Assembly: GCA_052055015.1 (NCBI GenBank)
Contig: JBQJIT010000010.1
From: Malassezia furfur
Taxonomy: Eukaryota
DNA length: 20,000 nt
Reading direction: 5' to 3' (one strand)
The notes under the pieces were generated by a model that saw only the letters and a program-made list of their open reading frames with translations, did no database searches and was not told where the DNA came from. This document shows positions 10,016 through 20,000 of the stretch, in pieces. The translations under genes and the position numbers were made by a program. Position 1 is the stretch's first letter. Every line of letters begins with the position of its first letter.

Positions 10016-13000
10016 TCAGCTATGGGGAACCGCCGCGAACATCGTGTGGAGGGTCGCGTGCAGCAGGGGGAAGTCGTGGAACTCGGCGAGGGCGCGCGCC
10101 TGGTGCAGGCGGCGCAGGGTATCGTGGGGCGGTGTCTTGTGCACCCAGGCGCCGGAGCACTGGCAGTACGGTGCGAGGTTGCTGGTGCGCATCCGCCGGC
10201 ACCGCGCGCAGTGCACGTCCTGCACGGCGTGCTGCGCGACATGCTGCTGCACCACCTGGATGAGGCGCATCTCGATGTTTGCGCGGTCGTAAGGGAAGTC
10301 GCAGCGCGAGCAGCGCCACTCGCGCGGCGTCTGCGCGGCACTTGCGATCAGGTCCGCGTCACGGCATAGGTCGAGCGTGCGGTCGTCGTTGCAGAACTGG
10401 CAGATGACCCACGGCAAGCGGAAGGACAGACAGGGGTTGCGCCACTCGGCCGCAGGCGCAAACTCGCGCACGCCGATCAGGTCGAGCAGGTTGCGCTTGC
10501 ACACCTGCGCCTCGAGCGCGCACTCGCGGTGCAGCGCGAGGATGCGCGTCGTCGCCTTGATGAATTCCAAGGCGGGGTTCGTCAGCGAAAGGTGCGAGCC
10601 GGGTAGCTGGGGGAAGGCCCATGCCGCGGCGTCGTGAGCGTCGGGCGCCTTGAGCTCGGTCTGGATCGCCTGCACGGTACGCAGCAGGCGGCGCGTCATC
10701 GTCTCGGCGATGATGTGGCGCACGTCGTCGGCGTGCGACGGCGCCGCCAGCGCCGCCTCGGCCTTGTCCTCTGCCTCCTGCGAGGCCGCAAGTCGTGCGG
10801 TACGCATCGTCGGCCGCCCGTTTTGCAGGGCGACGGCGCGCTGCTTCGCCTTGTACAGCTCGTAGATATACGATCCGATGGCCTTGGCGAAGCGCGTCTG
10901 CACCGCCGGCGGCAGGAACTCTTGCACGTTCCACGCCATCTCGATGTCAAACTGCTCCGTGGGCACGAGCGCGTCGGGCTCGTGGCAGATGACGCCGCCC
11001 ATGTTGGCGATGTCGAGGAACACGAGATACTCCCAGAAGTGCACGATGCTCAGCCCCAGGTGCTTGAACAGCTCGCGCCCCGTCACGGCGCTCAGCAGGT
11101 AGCGCCCAAACGCCGCGGCGCTCCCCGCCGTCGGCTTGTTGGTCAGGAGGAAGAGGCGCGTGTAGGAGGCATACACCACGCTCACGCCGAGCCGCCGGAA
11201 CTCGGCGAGGAGCTGCAGCATCGTCTTGCGCATGAGCCGCTGCAGGAAGCGCTGCAGCGCGGGCTCAAACAGCGCCGAGCGCGTGCTGCACGCCCACCGC
11301 CAGAAGTTGTCGGCGAGCAGCGCGCCGTACGTGGACGTGCCGCGCGTCTTTTCCACGTGCCACGCCTTGACCATGGCGCGCACCGTCGAAAAGGTCTGCG
11401 CGGTGAGCACCGCATCGCCGAGGTCCGCCGAGAGCGGCACATCGCCCTGTGCGTACTCGTCGAGCGTGTGCGAGGCTGACTCGAGCGCGAGCGACGCGCC
11501 GCCCGTGCCCTCCATCGCGTTCACCGAGGCGTACTGCAGCACCACGTCGAGCGCCAGGTCGGTGAGCGCGACTTCGAGGCAGACGTTTTCGTAGGCGCCC
11601 GCGTTGGTGATCTCGAGCGTCTCGAGCTCGTCGGCGTGCCCGGCGTGCGCGTCGAGCTCGCGCCCGCCGAGATCCGGCAGCGCAGACGGCGACCACCACA
11701 GCACCATGTCGTTCTGCTGCAGGCGGCGCGCAAAGTCGAGGTCGCTGCCAAACACGGCAAAATCGCGCGGCAGGTTGCACAGCGGCACGTCGAGGTGCGC
11801 ACCGAGCTCGACCCACCGCGCAATCCACGCGGCGGTGCGCAGGTAGCAGTTCACGAAGCGGCGCGCCGCATACAGCTGCCACCCGAGCGCGGAAAACGCG
11901 TCCTCCTGGCGCGCCGCGGGGATCATCAGCACGGGCAGCTGCGCGCTGACGTGCAGGTGCGTGTCGTAGTACGACAGCGGGCGCGACGAGCAGACCGCGA
12001 GCTGCGTCGGCATGGCGCGCAGCGCACGCAGCTCCTTGAGGTCGTGCTGCAGCGCACGCAGAGCGCGCGCCTCGGTCGTGTGCACCTGCACGTGGTCGGT
12101 GTGCACCGCCGCGGGGTAGTCAAACGCGCCCTCGCCGTCGACGACGCGCCCGGCGCGGCGCATCGCGTCGAGGCGCTCGGTGTACAGTGCCTCGACGCTC
12201 GGCCACTGCTTGAGCCCCGCCGAGTCGACGAGGTGCACACGCACGGCGCCTTCGGGCGCCACCAGCACCAGCACGTGGCGGCGGTCGAGCGACGCATGGT
12301 ACAGGTACAGGTGGCGCAGCGCGCGCCCGTGCTGCAGGTAGGTCGCCGAGGGCAGCGCCACGTGCATCAAGTCGGCGAGCGGCAGCCCGGCGTCCAGCGC
12401 GTGGCTCAGGCGCGACGCGCGGCTCGGCTGCAGCGCACACGCCGCGCCAAGCTGCAGCAAGGCGCGCACGTCGAGCGGCACGTGCCGCTCGAACACGCCG
12501 TCGACGTGGGGGTGGTGCAGGAGCGTGGCAAAGTGCGTCTCCTCCTCGACAAACACCTCCTCCGGGACGGTGAGCTTCACGAGGTGCCGGCACGGCACGC
12601 CGCGTGGCAGCGTGCGCGTCACCGGCTCCACGGTATAGCGGTCCAAAAAGGCCTCGGGCGGCGGCGCGTGCTTGAAGTTGACGTACAGCTCACGTGGCAC
12701 GAGCAGCTTGAGGCACTGCAGCTGCCGCGCCACGTACACCCACAGCCGGAACTCGCCAGGGCGCGGCGTCGCAGCCAGCTGCACCACGTCCCACGCGCTC
12801 GCGGCCATCGCGGTGCTGCGCTGCGTGAGCATCGCATGCAGCGTCCCGGCGCCCGCGCCGGCACTGGGCTGGCCCGTGCGCCGCGCCGCGCGCTGCTGCC
12901 GCCAGCGGACGCGCATCGCCGCGACGTAGCCGGGGTAGTCGACGTGCAGGTCGGGCACGGGCGGGAGCGGCGCCGGGGCCGGCGGCGCAGCGCGCTCCAC

Positions 13001-16000
13001 GGGCGCGGGCGCCGCAGGCTTGGCGCGCTGGCGCACCGCGTCGCTTTGCATCAGCGTCGCGAGCTTCACCTGCGTGTGCTTGTCGGTGCGCGATGCGACG
13101 CGCTTGAGCAGCCAGTCGGGGTGGCGCACGCGCGGCACAGGGTTCGGCACCTTTTGCATCGCCGCGGGGATTGTGATGAGCTTCTGGATGACTCCCGCAA
13201 AGCGCTCAATGTAGTAGTCCCAGTCAAGGATGCTGCGCAGGTCAAAGTCGGTGATGCTGCTGTCCTTGAGGAAGCGCCGCAAAAAGTGCTCCTTGACCGG
13301 CTGCTCCGCGTTGAAGATCGCCACGGGCACGGCGCGGTCGGTGACAGGCGCGCCGTACGGCTTGGCAGACACGATAAACTTGCACGCCAGGCCCTTATCC
13401 TTGACCACTTGCTGTCCCAGAATCTCGGCGAGGCGGCGCGCGGTGGTGATGGCGGTCGACTTTTGCGTGCCGTACTCGCTGAGGAGCTTCGACATGCTCT
13501 TGTTCTCGGCAATCAGGTCAATCAGCTCCTCGTCGTGGAGCGTCGAGCCCTTGGAGTAGAGCACGTCGAGCCACTGGTTCGCGACCTGCGCCACCGCCGC
13601 ATAGCAGCTCACCAGCGAGTCGCCCAGCAAAAACTTGCTAAAGATTTGCTTCTGGAAATCCTTGATGAGCTGCAGCTCGCCACGCCGCTTCACTTCGAAG
13701 CCTTTGAGCTCGGCAAGCGAGCCGTCTTCCTCAAACACGGCGTAGCGCTTCTTGAGCAACTTGTCCTCCTCCTTGCTCGACGGCAGAATCATCGCGCGGT
13801 AGGGGCCGTCCAGCTCGAAAAAGATACTGTTCTCGCTGTGCACCGCATATTTGCCCGTGCGAGGGTCGACGAGGTCGTGGTACTGGTGGTTCGTGAAGCG
13901 CTCGTGCACACGGTAGTTGAGCATCGTACACGGGTACGACACGCCAAACTTTTTGCCATTCGCAAGCGTGAACGTAAAGTTCTCGGGGAAGGTGCCCGGA
14001 AGCATGCACCAGATGCCGTCCGTGTCGAGCTCGAGCGGACGGCCGATGCGGTCGACAAGCTCCTTGGCCATCTGGATGATCGTAGCACCCGTCAGGCAGG
14101 TGATGCCCGCCATCTCCATCGAGTACCATCGCGCGCCTTTGCGCATGACGTAGCCGTAGAAGGAGTTCAAGATACACTTGTGCGCGAGCTGCAGCGAGTC
14201 GTACAGCACAATCATCTTTTTCGCCTCGAGCGTGTCGGCGAGGCTGCCCGCCGAGTGCGCCTTGTCCAGGTTCTTCTTCCAGGTCTTGTGCAGGCCCTTG
14301 TACTCGTACCGCCGGTCGCGGAAGTCGCGCACCGTGTTGATGTAGAACGGATTCTCGCGCTGGCAGATGATCGCTTCGCGCACCACCGTCTTGGTGTCGT
14401 GCACGCGCTTGTACACCTTGCGGCTGTACTCGGCCAGGCGGCGCTGCAGCAGCGCCGAGCGCTCCGCGGCGCTCAGCTCCGCGAACCGCCGCGGCTTTCC
14501 ACGGGGGTCCTTCGCGGGGAACGTCTCCATGTCGAGCGCGTGTTGGATCATGTTGATCTCGTCGCGCTTTGCGGGGAAGTACTCGCCACGCCACGCCCAC
14601 TTCATGCGCTTGTCGCACGACATGCCCGGGCGGTTGTAGTCACACGACGCACACGTCCCCTCATCCACGACCGAGTCGGGCTGTAGGCGGTTGGAAAGCA
14701 TGATGTTGGGGTACATGGCCGCAACGTCCAAGTGGTAGATTAGCGGCTTGTCCTGCCGCACGGGACGGTCGCGCAGAGCCTCCAGCATCGTCTGGATCTC
14801 ACGCTTGACCTCGTCAAAGTTGGTCACGTCGTCGAACGACAGCTTGCCCTCCTCGCGGATGCTGAAGCGCAGCGCGCCATCCAGCTCGTCAATCAGCGTC
14901 TGGAACGCCTCGGGCTCCAGACGGAAGTCGGTGGGAATGTCGCTGCGGAAGACGCCGGCCTCGAGCGCCTCGACGTGCCCGCCGACGTACGTCTCGGACT
15001 CGAGCAGGTGGCCCTCGTACGTGTTGCCGATCGGGTCCTGGTGCCGGTTGGGCATCAGAATACCGCCCTTGTACGCCTGCACCATCAGCAGCGTCTCGCA
15101 CAGCGTGCCCGAACCCTTGCGCAGCACCTCGTCGGGGTTCAACGGGATGATGTTGCACAGCGAGAAAATGAACGGGTGCACGTACTTCATGTACAGGTAG
15201 TACGTCGCCACCGCATCGGACACGGAGTACTGTGCGAGCGTCTGCGGCTGCTCCGAGGCATACGGCGTCATCAGCTCGGGGTCCAGCTCCATTGGGTCGT
15301 ATCCGAGCTTGGCCACGGTCACCGCCTTGAGGCCCTGGCTGCCCTGCGGCAGGTACGAGTCGCGCTTCACCCACCGGAAGCAGTCGAGGTGCGCACAGTG
15401 CCGGCTCTTGAACTCGTTGTCCGAGTCCATCGCGAAGCCGATCTCCTGCTCCATGTCGAGGCCACGAATGCGCGCGCGCGTTTGCACAAACGGAAAGTCG
15501 AACGAGTCACCGTTGTACGTCGCAATCACCGTCGGCCGCGCCTCGCGCACATGATCAAAGAAGCGGCGCAGGAGCGACACTTCGTTGGGCTCGTTGAAGA
15601 TGACAAACGGGCCTTCGTACTCGTCCTTGGGCGTGTACTCGAAGTCGTCGATGTCCTCACTGATCACCTCGCGGTTCGTAATGAGGAAGCCCTGGCCATC
15701 GATCATGTACGAAATCATCATCACCACGTCCGACTCGGCGTCGGGGAACTTGAGCGGCTGCTTCGTCGTCTCGATATCGAACGCCATCACCACCGGGTCC
15801 GCACGCTTGACGCGCTCAGGCACAGGCTGAAGCTCCACGGTGCCTTCGTGGAAGCGCACATCATACCACAGTCCAACGCGGATTTCTGCCGTTAGTTGTA
15901 CACGCACGATTGTCGATCGCCACACGCAAGTAGTACGGCACATCGTACTCGTACAGCGCCGCGATACACTGCTCGGGACTTCGCCCGCCCGTGCGCTTGT

Positions 16001-16721
16001 ATTTCGAGGAGCGCTGTGGCGCCGAATTCACCTCGCCGTCCAGCGACACTTGGTATTCCGGCGCATCGCCCGAGGCGCTCGAATCTTGGAGCACATTGGC
16101 GTATGCCTCGACCGCAGACACTTCGCGCTGCGCCTTTTCGGCCAGCGGGAGCAAGTCGCGTCGCACAGTCAGCAGGTCGTGCACGTTCGTGAAACGCAGC
16201 TGTAGCACCGTTCGCTTGTGGCCCACGAGGTGGTTGGGCAGCTTCAAGTCGTCCACCTCTTTGGCCTCGACCGAGTGCACGAGCCCCTCAAAGCGGCGCT
16301 TTAGCCACTCTTCTACCACCGACTCGGTGCCGGGGTAGCACCCCACAAGGAAATAGGGCTGGTACACGATGGTCACTTTGAACATGGACGCATCGTCCTC
16401 AATAAAGTAGTAGTCGACGCCCGATTTGCCACCGGGGTGCTGCTCGTCGGGGAGCAGCGTCGGATGCATATTCACCAGCCATGCCTGGCGCGGCTCGCCC
16501 TGATCGAGGCGCGCAAATCCCATGCGCTCGTCGATGGCATCCGACTCGCGCACTTTGGCGAATCGTTCTTCCACCTGCGACGCGGCATAGGCATCGTTGG
16601 AGCGCGCGAGCGTGGCAGACATGCGGTCACCAGGACGCTGCATGCTACCACTCCCGCGCTTGCGGAACGTCCCGCGCCCACGGCCGCTGCCGCCACGCGA
16701 CGGCGTCCGTCCGAGTGCCAT
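10016..16721 (-). CDS. POL2: DNA polymerase epsilon catalytic subunit. Exons 16721-15908 and 15885-10016 (2227 aa)
   Basis: Exo[15 protein letters not shown], ExoII YNGDSFD, motif [13 protein letters not shown], CysX CASC..C, motif [11 protein letters not shown], motif C ELDTDGIW, and C-terminal CysA (CQFC...CSRC) and CysB (CARC...CQC). N-terminal WLVNMHPT...VDYYFI. Confidence 0.97.
15886..15907 (-). other. POL2 intron (22 nt)
   Basis: Minus strand GTGCGTGTACAACTAACGGCAG with a canonical ACTAAC branch point. Removal gives AIDN-Q-IRVGLWY, joining the two Pol2 ORFs. Confidence 0.93.
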
Positions 16722-16811
16722 CGTCCCTGGAAGCGTGTCGCGTCGAAGGGCCGACCGCGTCGCGTGTATTAGGTAAGCGCATGGGCGCGGCGTGCGGTGC
16801 CTCCGGCATGC
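16722..16811. promoter_or_regulatory. 90-bp divergent intergenic region (POL2 / small ORF) with three MCB-like CGCGT cores
   Basis: CGCGT (= ACGCG on the minus strand) at 16739-16743, 16756-16760 and 16761-16765 between two divergent ATGs. The high GC background weakens the motif's significance. Confidence 0.4.
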
Positions 16812-17213
16812 ATGTCGCGGCGCGTGCACAAGGGCGGTACGGACACGGCGGCGATCCGCGCGCGCCTGCGGGAGCGGTGTCGTGCACAACTGGAGCTCGA
16901 ACGTGGACAACGTAGAGCACAGGCGGTCGCCAATGCGCGCGCACCGTCGTCCACATGGTGGGCCGACGCCGTGCACGCCGAGGCCCATCAGTCGCCTGCA
17001 CTAAGTGAAGAGGTAATTGGGCAAATCCTTCGCGAGGAGTACGAACGGACCCGTGAAATGTACGAAAAGGATGGTGCCGAGGCGCTCGGCGAGCCCGACA
17101 TTGATCAGATGTTGCTACTGGAAGAAGAGATTCGGAACGAACGCGACACGAACCCTCCGCGGCCGCGGCCGGCCGCGTCGCAGGAAGCGCACGCCATGGA
17201 CATGGACATGTAA
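16812..17213 (+). CDS. Small helical protein (133 aa), putative RPA-interacting protein (RPAIN/RIP)-like, lacking the C-terminal zinc finger
   Basis: The ORF fills the gap between POL2 and the next gene and is followed by an AT-rich 3' region. Pattern RR.HK...LRERC...R..R, then IGQILREEY and LLLEEEIRNE, resembles my recollection of the RPAIN N-terminal and middle motifs. The CDS is likely real. The family call is tentative. Confidence 0.6.
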   Translation: MSRRVHKGGTDTAAIRARLRERCRAQLELERGQRRAQAVANARAPSSTWWADAVHAEAHQSPALSEEVIGQILREEYERTREMYEKDGAEALGEPDIDQMLLLEEEIRNERDTNPPRPRPAASQEAHAMDMDM

Positions 17214-17252
17214 TTATATTCGCAGTTATGATATTACATTAATGCGGGATTA
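17210..17252. terminator. AT-rich convergent 3'-end / polyadenylation region
   Basis: TAATTATATT...TTATGATATTACATTAAT lies between two convergent stop codons in otherwise very GC-rich DNA. Confidence 0.45.
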
Positions 17253-17285
17253 GCGAGACACAGGAGCGGACACGGAGATGAGCAA

Positions 17286-18308
17286 TTAGTAGTTGTTGTA
17301 GCCACCGCCGCCGTAGCCACTGTTGTAGCCACCGCCGCCCATGCCACCACCCATGCCACCACCCATGCCACCGCCCATGCCACCACCGCCGTAGCCGCCG
17401 CCCATGCCGCCGCCCGCGGCGCGGCGCGTCAGATAGAACAGCAGGCCGGCGAGGATCAGCGTGGGCGCAAAGTGCAGCAGCGTCGACGCCATGCTGATCG
17501 ACTCGTGGTACGACACAGGGATGCGCTCGTTCGACGGAATGCCCAGCTCGCGCTGTGCGTCGTCCAGGTGGCGCTCAAACGCCTCGACCGAGCCCACGCT
17601 GAACCAGTACTGCGGCGCGCCCATCAGGCTGCCGCCCGGCGCCGGCGAGGCGCCGCCCGTCGCGTTGTTGTGCAGGTACACCTGCACCTTGGCACGGTTC
17701 ACCACCACGAGGCGGTCGACGAGGCCCTTGTCGAGGAACGCGGAGCGGAACTCCTGCCACGTAATCTCACGCGACATGGGCTCCGGCGAGGTGTAGCGGT
17801 ACAGGATGTAGGTCGTGATCGCCGTCGCGATGATAAAGTTGAGGTTCAGGCGCAGCTCCTGCGGCTGGTTGCCGTTGGGGTTCGGCTTGCCACCGGGCTT
17901 GCCGCTCGACGCGTTCGCGCCGTCGTCGCCCTTGTCGGCATCGCGTCCGCGCGCCTGCTTCGAGGCACGCGCGTCCTTGGAGTCCTGCGCGCGGTCGTTG
18001 CGCTCAAAGAACTGCTTCAGCTCCTCGGGGACATCCTCCTTCTTCGTCTTCTTGCCCTCCTTGGCCTCGCGGATGCCGCGCTCAAGCGACTCGTGAAACT
18101 CTTTGCGCTTCTTCTCTTCGGGGTCGGGGTCGGCGGGCGTCGCGTACGCACGCACCGCGCCGAGGCGGCCGGCGCCCGAACGGGGCACCGACAACGCCAC
18201 AGCGCGGGGGAGGTGCGAGCGCGCCGACGCCATACGCAGCATCGACGCGCCCGGCATACGCATCCGCACCGCCTGCAGCGGAGCTCGTGCTAGGGACGGT
18301 GTCGACAT
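17286..18308 (-). CDS. Truncated or chimeric mitochondrial m-AAA protease subunit (AFG3/YTA10 or YTA12 type): presequence, TM1, intermembrane-space domain, TM2, then a Gly-Met-Tyr tail (340 aa)
   Basis: Arg/Ala/Ser-rich presequence ending RAYATP. TM1 FIIATAITTYILY. REITWQEFRSAFLDKGLVDRLVVVN...FSVGSVEAFERHLDDAQRELGI...IPVSY is typical of the FtsH extracellular domain of m-AAA subunits. TM2 FAPTLILAGLLFYL. No Walker A/B or HExxH follows. Confidence 0.8.
   Translation of the reverse strand: MSTPSLARAPLQAVRMRMPGASMLRMASARSHLPRAVALSVPRSGAGRLGAVRAYATPADPDPEEKKRKEFHESLERGIREAKEGKKTKKEDVPEELKQFFERNDRAQDSKDARASKQARGRDADKGDDGANASSGKPGGKPNPNGNQPQELRLNLNFIIATAITTYILYRYTSPEPMSREITWQEFRSAFLDKGLVDRLVVVNRAKVQVYLHNNATGGASPAPGGSLMGAPQYWFSVGSVEAFERHLDDAQRELGIPSNERIPVSYHESISMASTLLHFAPTLILAGLLFYLTRRAAGGGMGGGYGGGGMGGGMGGGMGGGMGGGGYNSGYGGGGYNNY
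17299..17415 (-). repeat. Gly-rich coding repeat (GGGM/GGGY units, 12-bp period)
   Basis: Plus-strand CC(A/G)CCCATGCCA tandem units at about 17335-17385, and GCCGCCGTAGCC and GTTGTAGCCACCGCCGCC duplications. Confidence 0.85.
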
Positions 18309-18528
18309 TAGCACGTCGACCAGTGCACGGACAGGTCAGATGAGGCCGTCCGCGGTGGGGTGTAGGCTGGCGTGGCCGCGATCGATCTGCGCCACCCAGC
18401 GCGCTCGGTGCACGTGCCTCGGCCGAGGGTACGCGCCCGTGCATATGCGGAGCGCCAAATCGCAGACGACGACGCGCGCCGCCAGCGAGAAAAAGCGTGT
18501 GGCTCGCGCGCAGAAGCAACGCGGGGTC

Positions 18529-18542
18529 GTGTGTGTGTGTGT
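18529..18542. repeat. (GT)7 microsatellite in the divergent intergenic region
   Basis: GTGTGTGTGTGTGT read directly. Confidence 0.8.
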
Positions 18543-18691
18543 TGCGGGACGTACGACGCGTGCTTGTCCCTGGATACCTCTGGCGAACGCGCTAGGATTG
18601 TGCAACGCGCATCGCGTAGGCACACGAGTTTGCTTCGTCCGCTCGCGCGCTCGGCGATCAGCGTCCGACGCGACGCGTCGAGCTTGACGCA

Positions 18692-18754
18692 ATGGACCTC
18701 TCGACGTGGATCCGGAAGAATGCCGAAGTGCAGCAGAAGCAGCAGCAACAACAA

Positions 18755-18786
<32 letters not shown>

Positions 18787-18796
18787 ACAACAACAA

Positions 18797-18828
<32 letters not shown>

Positions 18829-18838
18829 ACAACAACAA

Positions 18839-18873
<35 letters not shown>

Positions 18874-19441
18874 GTCTGTGGCCCAAGGGATGATGCCTGG
18901 CACAGCGCAGGGCAATCCGCGTGAGACTACACCGCTGCATCATGCCGCACAGCAGGCACAGCAGGCACAGCAGGCGAATATGACGGGACAGCAAGGCATC
19001 CCTAACTACGCGGTGGGTGCACAAAACATGTCGCAGCCCCAAGTGATGCAGGGCATCCAAGCGAACGTCGCGGCGCTCCAACGGCAGTGGTCGCTCGTTA
19101 ATGCCCAGCCGGATGGCCCAAACAAGACAGCGGCGCAGCAGTTCCTTACGAACCAGATGCGGCGGCTACGGACGATGCATGATCAGGTCGTGAACCAACG
19201 TGCGAACGAAGGGCAGTCGCCGTCGATGCCAAATACGCCAGGGTCGTCGTTCGTGGGTGTGCAGCAGCGGATGTCACCGGCAACAGCAATGACAAGTTCG
19301 CCGATGGGTGTGCCGATGCAGCAGCAGCAGGCGCAACAGCAGCAGCAGCAACAACAACAACAGCAGGCGCAACAGCAGCAGCAGGCGCAGCATCATCAGG
19401 CGCAGCAGTCTCAACAGCAGCCACAACACCCTCAACACCCT

Positions 19442-19487
<46 letters not shown>

Positions 19488-20000
19488 AGCAGCAGCAACA
19501 GCAGCAACAGCAACAGCAACAACAGATTGCCCAGATGCTGCAGCAGCAACAGTACCAGCAATACCAGATGCAGCAGTACCACCAAATGCAGACGCGGACG
19601 AATGCCCAAAGCCTCGCGGCGTCCGGCCAGTCGGCGCAAGGTGCGCCTCCGGCACAGCCGAATCCGTATGCGAATGCGTCGATCCTTGCACAGCAGCTCA
19701 GCGCGGCCCAAGGGGCAGCGACACAGCACCTTCCGCCGCACATCCAGCAGCAGCTGCAGCATGCGGCGCAGATGGGTCTGTCGCACGGCATTCAGCCGCA
19801 TATGCTGCAGCAGTCCCTGCCGCAGGCGCAGCCGCCCATCGTGCAGCAGGCGCCGACTGCGCCGAATGCACAGGCGGCGCCGCAGGCCTCGCCGATCCAG
19901 ACGCACCCGTCGGCGCCGCCGCAGTCGTCGCGCTTTGCGCCACGGACGCTGCCGCAAGGCGGCCCGGGCATGCCGCAGGCGCCGCAGGCGTCGCCCAAGA
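18692..20000 (+). CDS. Glutamine-rich low-complexity protein, 5' partial (runs off the window). Possibly a transcription coactivator or chromatin factor
   Basis: ATG 18692 (MDLSTWIRKNAEVQQKQQQ...) opens a frame with no stop to 20000, which is why it is missing from the ORF track. Q/A/P/M-rich. No folded domain is recognisable within the window. Confidence 0.85.
18740..18871 (+). repeat. CAG/CAA trinucleotide repeat encoding Q44
   Basis: 132 nt of CAA/CAG codons only. Confidence 0.95.
19319..19525 (+). repeat. CAG/CAA-rich repeat: interrupted Q/A/H/P tract followed by an uninterrupted Q28 (19442-19525)
   Basis: Read directly from the sequence, in frame with ATG 18692. Confidence 0.93.

Noticed and set aside
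8863..10369. + strand ORFs of 383 aa and 266 aa, and the 5' extension of the NBP35 ORF to 10341
   Set aside because: Antisense to NBP35/POL2, or overlapping POL2 in another frame. NBP35 homology starts after ATG 9978.
11636..14686. 1016-aa ORF on the + strand
   Set aside because: Antisense shadow of POL2. Strong GC3 codon bias removes stops on the opposite strand, and no motifs are recognisable.
10016..16721. Intein or proofreading-deficient variant in POL2
   Set aside because: Length is normal (2227 aa) and the exonuclease and polymerase catalytic motifs are intact.
18308..19998. Poly-Leu, poly-Cys, poly-Ala/Thr and poly-Ser/Asn ORFs
   Set aside because: Alternative-frame and antisense readings of the CAG/CAA polyQ tracts.
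1..20000. CRISPR arrays, transposases, prokaryotic operons or defence systems
   Set aside because: The sequence is eukaryotic housekeeping DNA with spliceosomal introns. No repeat-spacer arrays or mobile-element proteins were seen.

Overview
Compact, very GC-rich eukaryotic (fungal) DNA. The 22-25 nt spliceosomal introns, 37-128 bp gaps between most genes and gene content fit Malassezia or a related reduced basidiomycete yeast (inference). Seven genes: YRA1/ALYREF-like mRNA export adaptor (+), BEACH-WD40 protein with a degenerate FYVE finger (+), NBP35 (-), DNA polymerase epsilon POL2 (-), a small divergent RPAIN-like ORF (+), an m-AAA protease (AFG3/YTA12-type) N-terminal half ending in a Gly/Met/Tyr tail with no AAA or protease domain (-), and the 5' part of a polyQ protein running off the window (+). 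The most striking feature is a predicted ~805-nt first intron in YRA1, right after the ATG. It carries a long-range stem of ~33 bp with a 16-bp perfect core plus nested helices, and is a candidate structured autoregulatory intron or intronic ncRNA. The truncated m-AAA gene is either a real chimera or an assembly join.
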